This document shows positions 1-10,479 of a stretch of 63,897 nt of DNA, piece after piece (positions within the stretch are counted from its first letter, which is position 1; the number at the start of each line of letters is the position of its first letter). Position numbers and translations under genes: made by a program. The stretch lies in assembly GCA_044869275.1 (NCBI GenBank), contig JBIOXB010000208.1:1-63897 (forward strand), read 5' to 3'. Origin of the DNA: a bacterium. GTDB lineage: Bacteria; Zhuqueibacterota; Zhuqueibacteria; Zhuqueibacterales; Zhuqueibacteraceae. The notes beneath the pieces are model-generated. The model did not search any database. It worked only from the letters and a program-made list of their open reading frames with translations, and was not told the origin of the DNA.

Positions 1-796
1 TGCTGCGCCCCAGTTGTACGATCCGCCGGACTTTCGTGCCGCAAACCTCGCAGCTTTCACCTTCGCGGCCATAAACTTTCAAATGATTCTGAAAATAGCC
101 CATTTCACCGTCGCTGTTGTAAAAATCATTGAGCGTGGTGCCGCCGTTGGCAATCGCGGTGTTGAGAGTCAGGCGAACCGCTGCGGTGAGCTTTTGCCAT
201 TGCACGTATGACAATTTGCCTGCGGGTTTTTGCGGGTGAATGTTGGCGCGAAACAAAGCCTCGTTCGCATAAATATTGCCCACACCCACAATCTTGTTCG
301 CATCCATCAAATAGTTTTTGACCGGCCGCGACAAGCCGCGCGCACTGTGATACAAACTTTCGGCATTGAATTCGTCCGATAGCGGCTCGACGCCGAGGCG
401 CCGAAAATGCACATATTCCTCCAATCGCCCCGGCGGAATGGCATCCACCATGCCGAAGCGGCGCGGATCGCGGTAGCGCAGCTCTTCGCCGTTTTCCAGC
501 AAGAATCGAACGTGTTCGTGTTTCTCCAGCGGGCGCGCACTATCACACCATAGTATGCGTCCACTCATCCCGAGATGAATGACGAGATGGGACTGGTTTT
601 CCATGCGGCAGACAACATACTTCGCGCGGCGCAGCACCTCGACGACTCTCTGCTCTGCTATCCATCGCCGCAGCTTTTTCGGCCGCACCGGCACGCGCAG
701 CCGCGTGTCTTTTACCTTGACGCCGGTAATCTTTTTTCCGAGGAGGGCGCGCTGTAATCCGCGACGCACGGTTTCGACTTCGGGCAACTCAGGCAT
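1..796 (-). CDS. mutM: Formamidopyrimidine-DNA glycosylase / AP lyase (Fpg), 3' end runs off the window
   Basis: Manual translation from ATG at 796: MPELPEVET, HLGMSG, DPRRFG, GVGNIYANEALF, and the start of the zinc finger CEVCG. Not in the ORF track because the stop codon lies outside the window. Confidence 0.97.
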   Translation of the reverse strand, partial: MPELPEVETVRRGLQRALLGKKITGVKVKDTRLRVPVRPKKLRRWIAEQRVVEVLRRAKYVVCRMENQSHLVIHLGMSGRILWCDSARPLEKHEHVRFLLENGEELRYRDPRRFGMVDAIPPGRLEEYVHFRRLGVEPLSDEFNAESLYHSARGLSRPVKNYLMDANKIVGVGNIYANEALFRANIHPQKPAGKLSYVQWQKLTAAVRLTLNTAIANGGTTLNDFYNSDGEMGYFQNHLKVYGREGESCEVCGTKVRRIVQLGRS

Positions 797-837
797 CGAC
801 GCTGGCTCAATTTAATGCAGCAATGAAAGGGGGAGAC

Positions 838-927
838 TGGAATAATTGGATTGATGGATTCTTGGAGAAAGGAGCTAAAATCAATCGATCTTACCAACAC
901 TCCAGCTATCCACCAATCCACCAATCC
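838..927. repeat. Inverted octamer-period repeat array
   Basis: TGGATTGA/TGGATTCT-type units facing CCAACACT CCAGCTAT CCACCAAT CCACCAAT. Confidence 0.65.
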
Positions 928-931
928 TTCG

Positions 932-1423
932 CTAAAGCTTGTATCCAAACTTCCGCAGCATGCTCTTGCGTTCGGCAATCTCTTTTTCGCCCTCGACGCC
1001 GAGCGGCGTCCCGCCGTCGATCACACCCAGAATGCCGCGGCCCTGCTCGGTTTCGGCCACGATCACTTGCACGGCATTGGCAGTTGCGCAAAAGATACGA
1101 CACACTTCCTGCACGTTTTTGACGGCATGCAAGACGTTGATGGGAAAAACATTTCCCAGAAAGATGACAAAGCAATGGCCGGCACCGAGGGCTTGCGCAT
1201 TCTTCCTGGCCAGCGCCATACACTCTTCATCCGTTCCGCTCCAGCGCACCAGTCGCGGGCCGCTGGCCTCGCAAAAAGCCACGCCGAATTTGATTTCCGG
1301 CACGGCGCCGACGAGCGCTTCGTGAATGTCTTCGACCGTCTTGATGAAATGGCTCTGCCCGAGGATGAAGTTGACGGCTTCGGTTTTTTCGATATCAACG
1401 ACTTTTAGATTCTTGATTTCCAT
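932..1423 (-). CDS. Adenosine-specific kinase family protein (DUF355)
   Basis: 163 aa with the motifs GQSHFIKTVEDI, FCEASG, FCATAN, GILGVIDG and C-terminal FGYKL. Confidence 0.9.
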   Translation of the reverse strand: MEIKNLKVVDIEKTEAVNFILGQSHFIKTVEDIHEALVGAVPEIKFGVAFCEASGPRLVRWSGTDEECMALARKNAQALGAGHCFVIFLGNVFPINVLHAVKNVQEVCRIFCATANAVQVIVAETEQGRGILGVIDGGTPLGVEGEKEIAERKSMLRKFGYKL

Positions 1424-1766
1424 GGTTATCCTCCAAGGCTTTTCGCGTTTCCTGACGAAGTCTCCAATCTAAAGATCGAATTTATTAAATCCCGCTTTAA
1501 ACGCAAACGAATTCACGCTCTTGCATTTTCATGACAAAGAGATATATTTAATCGAGCATGGCTGCCCGGCGTTTCCTTGGGAGCGCTGGTGCGAAAAAAC
1601 GCCAGCGCCGCGGCCGGGTACAATAAAATTTCCGGGAATCGTGTCCTTTGAGCGTATGTTCTAACTTCTCTCCTGGCTGTAAGAATCGACCTTGATTCTT
1701 TCCAAAGAATTGGTTAAGTTTATAATCTTTTGTATACGCTTTTCTTCTGAATTCACGAGACGCGCC

Positions 1767-3146
1767 ATGCTCAAAGAACTGCTCGGTCCCGACATCCAAG
1801 ATCTGATCCGCGAAAAAGACTATTCCGGACTGAAAGACGGCATTTCCGAATGGGAGGCCCCGGAGATTGCGGATTTGCTCGTCAACCTGCCCGAGAGCGA
1901 CCAACCGATTCTGTTCCGGCTGCTGCCGCGCATCATGGCAGCACAAGTATTCGCGTATCTGCCCTCCGAGGAACAAGCGCGCTTGCTGCAAAGCCTGACC
2001 ACGGAGAATACGCGCGCACTGCTGCGCGAGCTCGCACCTGACGATCGCACCGAGCTGCTGGGTGAGTTGCCGGCGCAGGTTACGCAGCAATTGCTCAGCT
2101 TGCTGCCACCGCAGGAATTGAAAGAGGCGCGGCAACTCTTGGGGTACCCCGAGGAAAGCGTCGGCCGCCTGATGACGCCGGAATACGTCGCCATCCGCCC
2201 GGAGTGGACGATCGGAAAAGCCCTCGAGCATCTCCGCAGGCATGGCAAGGATGCGGAAACCGTCAACCTCGTTTACGTCGTCGATGACAAGGGTAAGCTC
2301 ATCGATGATATTCGCTTGCGCAAACTGATTCTGGCTGATCCTTCCGAGGCCGTGGCCACGATCATGGATCACCACTTTGTCGCGCTCTCGGCCAACGACG
2401 ATCGCGAGTTTGCCGCCAAGCAAATGCAAAAATACGATCGTGTGGCGCTGCCGGTTACGGACTCCGAGGGCGTGCTGCTCGGCATTGTCACGGTGGACGA
2501 CATGCTGGACGTGGTCGAAGAAGAGGCCACGGAAGATATTCAGAAGATGGCGGCCGTGGCGGCGCTCGATGAGCCATACATGAACACCAGCTTTCCGCAC
2601 ATGATCAAAAAACGCGCGGGCTGGCTGGCGCTGCTGTTTCTCGGCGAGACATTGACTGCAGCCGCGATGGGCTATTTCGAGCACGAAATCTCGCGCGCCC
2701 TGGTGCTCACTCTCTTTATCCCGCTGATCATCAGCAGCGGCGGCAACTCCGGCTCACAAGCGTCATCGCTGGTGATTCGCGCGATGGCGCTGGAGGAAAT
2801 TCGATTGCGCGACTGGTGGCGTGTCATGAGACGTGAGATATTCTCGGGTCTGACGCTCGGCGCCATCTTGGGCCTGATTGCCATGCTGCAAGTTTTGCTG
2901 TGGCCCAACCGCAATGAGCGCTATGGCGAGCATTACTTTCTGGTCGGGCTTACACTTTCGTGCAGCTTGATCGGCGTCGTCTTGTGGGGCACGCTTACCG
3001 GCTCGATGTTGCCGTTTGTTCTGCGCCGGCTCGGCTTCGACCCCGCGGTATCTTCCGCGCCGTTCGTCGCCACTTTGGTCGATGTGACGGGATTGATCAT
3101 TTACTTTAGCATGGCGCTTTTCATCCTGGGAGGGACGCTGTTGTAA
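1767..3146 (+). CDS. mgtE: Magnesium transporter MgtE
   Basis: MgtE_N domain, two CBS domains (GRLMTPEY, GIVTVDD) and TM region with SSGGNSGSQ and DPAVSSAPFVATLVDVTG. Start taken at ATG 1767. Confidence 0.96.
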   Translation: MLKELLGPDIQDLIREKDYSGLKDGISEWEAPEIADLLVNLPESDQPILFRLLPRIMAAQVFAYLPSEEQARLLQSLTTENTRALLRELAPDDRTELLGELPAQVTQQLLSLLPPQELKEARQLLGYPEESVGRLMTPEYVAIRPEWTIGKALEHLRRHGKDAETVNLVYVVDDKGKLIDDIRLRKLILADPSEAVATIMDHHFVALSANDDREFAAKQMQKYDRVALPVTDSEGVLLGIVTVDDMLDVVEEEATEDIQKMAAVAALDEPYMNTSFPHMIKKRAGWLALLFLGETLTAAAMGYFEHEISRALVLTLFIPLIISSGGNSGSQASSLVIRAMALEEIRLRDWWRVMRREIFSGLTLGAILGLIAMLQVLLWPNRNERYGEHYFLVGLTLSCSLIGVVLWGTLTGSMLPFVLRRLGFDPAVSSAPFVATLVDVTGLIIYFSMALFILGGTLL

Positions 3147-3213
3147 GGCTTTTGTCCCAGGTAGGGAGCCTTCCTATTTTCACTTCATGCAGCCCGGTTG
3201 TGATCGATACACT

Positions 3214-5085
3214 ATGTCATTTTGGTCCTCTCTTCTTGCTTTTCGTCGTAACCTGCAGCCTCCGCGCTCAAGCGAGGAGCCGGCACCCGGCTTCAAAGAG
3301 AGATTCAAGGCGCTCGGCAACTTGCCGCAATTCTTTCAATGGATCTGGCAAACGAGCCCGCCGCTGGCAGTCGCGAGCGCGCTGCTGCGTCTCGTGCGCG
3401 CGGCTGTGCCCCTGGCCACACTCTATCTCGGCAAGCTCATCGTCGATGAAGTCGTCCACTTGACGCAGCTGCCGGCGCCGCGTGATCTGGCATACCTCTG
3501 GCGGCTCGTCGGGCTGGAATTCGGCGTCATTTGCTTTTCGGATATTTTGAATCGCGGCCTGGGTTTGGTGGACAGCGTGCTTGGCGACCGGTTCACGAAC
3601 CGGACCTCGGTGCGCTTGATGCGGCATGCTGCCGCGCTCGATCTGGAACATTTCGAAGACGCCGGCTTTTACGACAAGCTCGAACGCGCACGCCGCCAAA
3701 CTTCCGGCCGCATGGTCCTGATGTCGCAAGTGCTCGAGCAGCTCCAAGACGCCATCACCATAGCGTTTTTGGCCCTGGGTCTGGTGGCTTTCAATCCCTG
3801 GCTGATTTTGTTGCTGGCGGCGACGTTGATTCCTTCGCTGCTGGGTGAATCGCATTTCAATGCGCGCAGTTATTCGCTGATGTATAGCTGGACGCCTGAA
3901 CGGCGGCAATTGGACTATCTACGCTATACCGGCGCCAGCGATGACACCGCCAAGGAAGTAAAGATCTTCGGCCTGTCAGGATTCTTAACCGAGCGCTACG
4001 GCGATTTGGCCGAGCGTTTTTTGCGCGCCACGCGCGCGCTCTCCGCGCGACGCGCCGGTTGGGGCGCGCTGCTGGCGATGATTGCGAGCGCCGGGTATTA
4101 TGCCGCCTACGCCGTCATTATCGCGCGCACGGTCAGCGGGCATTTGTCACTCGGCGACATGACGTTCCTGGCGGGATCCTTTTCGCGCGTGCGTGGCCTG
4201 TTGCAAAGCATGCTGCTGCGCTTTACCAGTGTCGCCGAGGGCGCGTTGTATCTGCGCGACCTTTTTGATTTTTTTGCGATTAAACCGCGTATCGTCTCCG
4301 TTCCGCAGCCACGGCCGTTTCCTCGTCCCATACAACAGGGCTTTACTTTTGAAAATGCCGGCTTCAAATATCCCAATTCGGAAAGATGGGCGAATCGCCA
4401 TTTGTCATTTACTTTGCCGGCTGGTGAAAAACTGGCACTGGTCGGCGAGAACGGGGCAGGCAAAACCACGCTGGCCAAACTGTTTGGGCGCTTGTACGAT
4501 CCCACCGAAGGCCGCATTTTACTCGATGGCTACGATCTGCGCGAGTATGATTTGGAAGAACTGCGCCAGGAAATCGGAGTGATTTTTCAAGATTTCGTTC
4601 ATTATCAACTGACGGCCGCGGAAAACATCGCGGTGGGGCGCGTGGCGGCGCGTGGCGACGCACCGCGCATCGCACAAGCTGCCATGCGCAGCCTTGCGAA
4701 TACCGTGATTGAAAAACTGCCGAACGGCTACGATCAGATCGTGGGCCGGCGCTTCGAAAACGGGGTGGAATTGTCCGGCGGCGAATGGCAGAAAATAGCG
4801 CTCGCGCGTGCCTACATGCGCGAGGCGCAACTGCTGATTTTGGACGAGCCCACGGCTGCGCTCGATGCGCGCGCCGAGCACGAAGTCTTTCAGCGCTTTG
4901 CCGAGCTCACCCGCGGCAAAACCGCGGTGCTGATTTCGCATCGCTTCTCCACGGTGCGCATGGCCGATCGCATTCTCGTGCTCGACCAGGGCGAAATGCT
5001 TGAGCTGGGCACGCACGAAAAGTTGCTCGCCCGGAATGGCCGCTATGCCGAGTTGTTTCGTTTGCAGGCGGCGGCGTATCAATAA
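3214..5085 (+). CDS. ABC transporter, fused permease/ATP-binding (MsbA-like exporter)
   Basis: TM domain followed by Walker A GENGAGKT, signature LSGGEWQK, ILDEPT and ISHRFSTV. Confidence 0.93.
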   Translation: MSFWSSLLAFRRNLQPPRSSEEPAPGFKERFKALGNLPQFFQWIWQTSPPLAVASALLRLVRAAVPLATLYLGKLIVDEVVHLTQLPAPRDLAYLWRLVGLEFGVICFSDILNRGLGLVDSVLGDRFTNRTSVRLMRHAAALDLEHFEDAGFYDKLERARRQTSGRMVLMSQVLEQLQDAITIAFLALGLVAFNPWLILLLAATLIPSLLGESHFNARSYSLMYSWTPERRQLDYLRYTGASDDTAKEVKIFGLSGFLTERYGDLAERFLRATRALSARRAGWGALLAMIASAGYYAAYAVIIARTVSGHLSLGDMTFLAGSFSRVRGLLQSMLLRFTSVAEGALYLRDLFDFFAIKPRIVSVPQPRPFPRPIQQGFTFENAGFKYPNSERWANRHLSFTLPAGEKLALVGENGAGKTTLAKLFGRLYDPTEGRILLDGYDLREYDLEELRQEIGVIFQDFVHYQLTAAENIAVGRVAARGDAPRIAQAAMRSLANTVIEKLPNGYDQIVGRRFENGVELSGGEWQKIALARAYMREAQLLILDEPTAALDARAEHEVFQRFAELTRGKTAVLISHRFSTVRMADRILVLDQGEMLELGTHEKLLARNGRYAELFRLQAAAYQ

Positions 5086-5205
5086 AGCACCATTCACCTC
5101 GCCCAGCCGGCTTCCCACCTGACAAAAAAATCTTGCATCCCAGAGCATTTGTTGTATATTGCTTGCGATTCATGCGAAGGGTCGTTTATCAATTTCGAGA
5201 ACAGC

Positions 5206-6234
5206 ATGCCGCGCGCAACTTGCCTTGTCCCCTTCTTGCTCGTCATTTTTTTGTTTGGCTGCAACACCCCGGAAAGTCAGAAAATCGTGGTCTATTCCCC
5301 GCACGGCAAGGAACTACTCGCCGATTTTGCGCAGCGCTTTGAAGCGGCCAATCCCGGCGTGAAGGTGCAGTGGCTCGACATGGGCGCGCAGGATGCCCTC
5401 GACCGCGTGCGCTCGGAAAAGGCTAATCCCCAGGCCGACATTTGGTGGGGCGCCCCGGCCCCTGCTTTCATGCAGGCCGCGGAGGAAAGATTGCTCCAGC
5501 CCTATCGCCCTTCCTGGGCCGCAGCGACGGATTCGAGCTTCCGCGATCCACACGACCGCTGGTACGCGACCTGGATCACGCCGGAAGTGATCATGTTCAA
5601 CACGCAAACTTTGACGCGCGCAAACGCGCCGCAAGATTGGGACGAAGTAATCGCGGAGGAATGGCGCGATCAAATCGTGTTGCGCGAGCCCCTGGCCTCC
5701 GGCTCCATGCGCGCGATCTTTTTTGCCATGATTTACCGCCAATATACAGCCTCCGGCGCGACCGTGGCGGGTTTTGCATGGTTGAAGCAATTGGATCGCA
5801 ACACAAAATCTTATGCCGCGAACCCAACTCTAATGTATCTCGCGCTCTCACGCGGTGAAGCCAAATTCACGCTGTGGAATCATCCCGACGTGTTGCTGCA
5901 AAAAAATCAATACGGCTATCCTTTCGATTACCTCGTCCCTCGCAGCGGCACGCCATTAGTGCCGGAGGGCATCGCCCTTGTCGCCGGCGCAAAAAACATG
6001 GAAGCTGCCAAAAGATTCTATGAGTATGTCACCACACCGGAATCCTATCAATACGCGGCTCAGAAGTATTGGCGCATTCCCGCGCGCCGTGATCTCGACT
6101 TCTCACAATTCACCTCGGAAACCGATCCTCGCAATTTTCCCGCATTGCCGATGAACTGGAAAATGTTCGCGGACAGTTCGGAGGCGTGGATGAAGCATTG
6201 GGATGCACATGTTCGGAATCGGGGTAAAGATTGA
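5206..6234 (+). CDS. ABC transporter substrate-binding lipoprotein (Fe3+/thiamine/polyamine-type cluster)
   Basis: Lipobox LFGC, then VVYSPH and EKANPQADIWWG. First gene of an SBP-ATPase-permease operon. Confidence 0.85.
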   Translation: MPRATCLVPFLLVIFLFGCNTPESQKIVVYSPHGKELLADFAQRFEAANPGVKVQWLDMGAQDALDRVRSEKANPQADIWWGAPAPAFMQAAEERLLQPYRPSWAAATDSSFRDPHDRWYATWITPEVIMFNTQTLTRANAPQDWDEVIAEEWRDQIVLREPLASGSMRAIFFAMIYRQYTASGATVAGFAWLKQLDRNTKSYAANPTLMYLALSRGEAKFTLWNHPDVLLQKNQYGYPFDYLVPRSGTPLVPEGIALVAGAKNMEAAKRFYEYVTTPESYQYAAQKYWRIPARRDLDFSQFTSETDPRNFPALPMNWKMFADSSEAWMKHWDAHVRNRGKD

Positions 6235-6325
6235 GGTTAGAAGATTGTGGATCTATGTGGCCAGTTGATCGACGGTAAAAGCGAAGCGCCCGTCAAAAAT
6301 GCTGTGATCCCTACCCAAACCACAC

Positions 6326-7429
<1,104 letters not shown>

Positions 7430-7436
7430 GTCAACT

Positions 7437-9134
7437 ATGAAACGCCACTCTCCTGGCCTCCTCGTTTTCGGCAGTTTGATGCTACTGTTGCTGGGAATAT
7501 TGATTTATCTCCCCATGGTCGAGCTGTTGCGGGAAAGCATGCAAGCCAACGGCCGCTGGTCGCTCGGAAACTATGTGCGCTTTTTCGATTGGCAGCAGCC
7601 GGTTTATTTGCGCGCTTTGTGGGGCAGCATCAATATCTCGATTCTCACCGTCTTGTGCAGCGCGCTTTTGGGCGTGCCACTGGCGATTTTGTTCACCCGC
7701 CTTCAATTTCCCGGCCGCAGCTTATTCGGCGTCCTCGTCACGCTGCCCATCTTGCTGCCACCGCTGGTGGGCGTGCTGGCGTTTTATTTCTTGATGAGCG
7801 AAACTGGCATTTTCCCGCGCGTGTTGCAAAAGATTTTTTCACTGTCTTCCGCTCCGCTGGTGATGCGCGGCGTGCCGGCCATTCTGCTGGTGCATGTTTA
7901 CAGTTTCTATGTGTTCTTTTATCTCTTCGCGCGCAATGCGCTGCAAAGCTTGGATCACTCTCTCGAGGAAGCGGCGAGCGGTTTGGGGGCCGGCGCCTGG
8001 ACCGTTGCGCGGCGCGTGATTTTGCCGCAGCTCAAGCCTGCGCTCATCGGTGCGGCGTTGCTGGTTTTCATGAACAGCATGGCCAGTTTCACCGCGCCCT
8101 ATTTGTTCGGCGGAACTTGGCGCTATCTCGCGGTGGAGATTTACAATGCCAAATTGAACGGCGATCTGCCGCTCGCGCTGACGCAAGCCGTCATACTCGC
8201 GGCAATCTCCATTCTTTTTCTATTGCTGATTCGCTGGTACGAAAGCCGCCATCCTGCCGGCGCGGGGCGCGGCAGCAAAGGCGTGGCCGCGCCGCCACGA
8301 ACGGTCACCGCGCGCTGGCAGAAGAATTTGCTTGCCCTGCTCGGCAGTGGGCTCATCATTTTTCTCATGCTCCCGCAAGTGATTCTCCTGCTGATTGCTT
8401 TCGTCAAAAACGGCACGTGGACTTGGCAATTGTTGCCAGCGCAATTTACACTTGAAAATTTCACCGCGGTCTTCACTTCGCGCGAAGCGGCGCGGCCATG
8501 GTGGAACAGCATTTGGATGTCGGGTACTGCCACCGCTTTTGGCTTAATCGTCGCGACCATTGCCGCGTATTTCACCGGCTTCCAACGGAAGTGGCCCTGG
8601 GCGCGCGGCCCGATCGATTTGACCGTAATGCTGCCCTGGGCCCTGCCCGGAACCGTGATCGCGATCATGCTGATCATCTTGTTCGACGAGCCACATTGGT
8701 TCACCGGCGGGAGAGTTTTGATCGGCACGGCGGCCATTCTACCGCTGGCTTATTTCATTCGCCACCTGCCTATGCAATTTCGCGCCACAGTTGCGTCCTT
8801 TTCGAATTTCGACCCGGCTTTGGACGAAGCGGCACAGAACTTGGGCGCCGGATCCTGGCTGCGTTTTCGTCGCATCACCTTGCCGCTGATTCTTCCCGGC
8901 GTGGTTACCGGCGCGATGATGGCCTTCGTTATCGCCTTGGGTGAATTTGTTTCTTCCATTTTACTATACACCTATGAGAACCAGCCGCTGTCCATTGCCA
9001 TCTTCTCGGAGTTGCGCCTGTTCAACCTCGGTACCGCCGCCGCCTATTCGATCTTGCTGACGATTTTGATCGGCATCGTGATGTGGCTGGCACAGAAATC
9101 GGCAGGCGGAGACGGAGAAAACGTCTGGGGGTGA
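7437..9134 (+). CDS. ABC transporter permease, two fused domains (FbpB-like)
   Basis: Two EAA loops (LEEAASGLGA, LDEAAQNLGA) and many TM segments. Start taken at ATG 7437. Confidence 0.9.
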   Translation: MKRHSPGLLVFGSLMLLLLGILIYLPMVELLRESMQANGRWSLGNYVRFFDWQQPVYLRALWGSINISILTVLCSALLGVPLAILFTRLQFPGRSLFGVLVTLPILLPPLVGVLAFYFLMSETGIFPRVLQKIFSLSSAPLVMRGVPAILLVHVYSFYVFFYLFARNALQSLDHSLEEAASGLGAGAWTVARRVILPQLKPALIGAALLVFMNSMASFTAPYLFGGTWRYLAVEIYNAKLNGDLPLALTQAVILAAISILFLLLIRWYESRHPAGAGRGSKGVAAPPRTVTARWQKNLLALLGSGLIIFLMLPQVILLLIAFVKNGTWTWQLLPAQFTLENFTAVFTSREAARPWWNSIWMSGTATAFGLIVATIAAYFTGFQRKWPWARGPIDLTVMLPWALPGTVIAIMLIILFDEPHWFTGGRVLIGTAAILPLAYFIRHLPMQFRATVASFSNFDPALDEAAQNLGAGSWLRFRRITLPLILPGVVTGAMMAFVIALGEFVSSILLYTYENQPLSIAIFSELRLFNLGTAAAYSILLTILIGIVMWLAQKSAGGDGENVWG

Positions 9135-9316
9135 AGAAACCTTGGCCGTTTCCAGCCCTCCGGGCTATTTTGGTTGGTATTCTGCAATAGTTTGATTTCG
9201 CCACCCTCGCCCGGCCCGCCGCCGTTTACCTTTCTTTTTCCGCTCCTGCTTTCTTCATTCCTGATTTTTCGACGGTATATATTGAAGTCTCTCAAAGGAA
9301 AAACCAGGAGCATATC

Positions 9317-9772
9317 ATGTTATCTAGGAAAGATCCCAACGAAGTTGAACGCGGCGGCAGCGGGGAACTGAATACGATTGTCGGACGCGGATCGATTATT
9401 GAAGGCACGGTGACGGTGCAGAGCAGCTTGCGCGTCGATGGCAAAATCATCGGCACGGTGAACGTCGCGGACTCGCTCATCGTCGGCAAGGACGGTGAGA
9501 TTGAAGGCGAAGTGCGCGTGAAAAACGCGGTCATCGGCGGAAAAGTCAAGAACAAAATCATCGCCAGCGGCAAGGTGGTGCTGGAAGCGAAGTCCGTTGT
9601 GTATGGTGAAGTAAAAACCTCGCGCCTGGTGATTGACGAAGGTGCGGTGTTCGAGGGGCGCTGCCTGATGAGCGAGGAGGGTAAAACTACGGTCGTTTCT
9701 GATAATCTGAACAGGAATAACCGCCCGGGCGCGGAATTGATCGGCCGCCCGGAAGTGGCTGTGGCAAGATGA
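9317..9772 (+). CDS. Bactofilin (polymer-forming cytoskeletal protein)
   Basis: NTIVGRGSIIEG, LRVDGKIIG and LVIDEGAVFEGRC. AGGAG RBS upstream. Confidence 0.93.
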   Translation: MLSRKDPNEVERGGSGELNTIVGRGSIIEGTVTVQSSLRVDGKIIGTVNVADSLIVGKDGEIEGEVRVKNAVIGGKVKNKIIASGKVVLEAKSVVYGEVKTSRLVIDEGAVFEGRCLMSEEGKTTVVSDNLNRNNRPGAELIGRPEVAVAR

Positions 9773-10347
9773 AGGAGCGCATCACCACAAAACTCGGCGA
9801 ATTCTTCGGCTACTCTGCGAAACCGGTTGAACCGGATCCGCCAGCCTCCGTTGCTCAGAAAGAACGCTCGCCTCAGGAAATTCGAACTCAGGAGAAAATC
9901 CGGGAGAAAGTCATGGACGATAACAGTAGAATGGGTGATCTGAACACCATCATCGGCAAGGGCACCACCATCGAAGGCACTGTACGGGTGCAAAGCAGCT
10001 TGCGCCTCGACGGCAAAATCAACGGCCAGGTGCTCACCACCGATTCCTTGATCGTCGGCCAGAATGGTGAGATCGAGGGCGAGGTGCGCACGAAAAACGC
10101 CGTCATTGGCGGCTTCATCAAGGGGCAGATTTTCGCCAGCGGCAAAGTGATCTTGGAAGCGCGTTCGGTGGTGATCGGCGAGGTAAAAACCGCCAAGCTC
10201 GCCATCAACGACGGCGCGCGTTTCGAAGGGCATTGCGTGATGAGCGAGGAGCCCGACGTCAAAGCCCTGCCCATCGGCGGCAAAGAGGCGGAAGACGGCG
10301 AACGCAAGAATCTGCCCAAGCTACTGCTGCAAAGCCCGGTAAAGTAA
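9769..10347 (+). CDS. Bactofilin (second paralog)
   Basis: NTIIGKGTTIEG, LRLDGKING and LAINDGARFEGHC. ATGA overlap with the preceding stop. Confidence 0.92.
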   Translation: MKERITTKLGEFFGYSAKPVEPDPPASVAQKERSPQEIRTQEKIREKVMDDNSRMGDLNTIIGKGTTIEGTVRVQSSLRLDGKINGQVLTTDSLIVGQNGEIEGEVRTKNAVIGGFIKGQIFASGKVILEARSVVIGEVKTAKLAINDGARFEGHCVMSEEPDVKALPIGGKEAEDGERKNLPKLLLQSPVK

Positions 10348-10479
10348 CTACTTTGTGGCCAATTCCGACCAGTTCGGCGACTATCGCGCCGCCAATCCTT
10401 TGATCAATGATCTACTGCAGTTGATGAATTCGCCTCTCCCCATTCACGTTGCCGATTTCACCAGCCGCAACGGCGCAAA

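Noticed and set aside
10348..10479. Coding-like stretch between bactofilin and PBP1A
   Set aside because: It has no convincing RBS or recognisable family and is too short to support.
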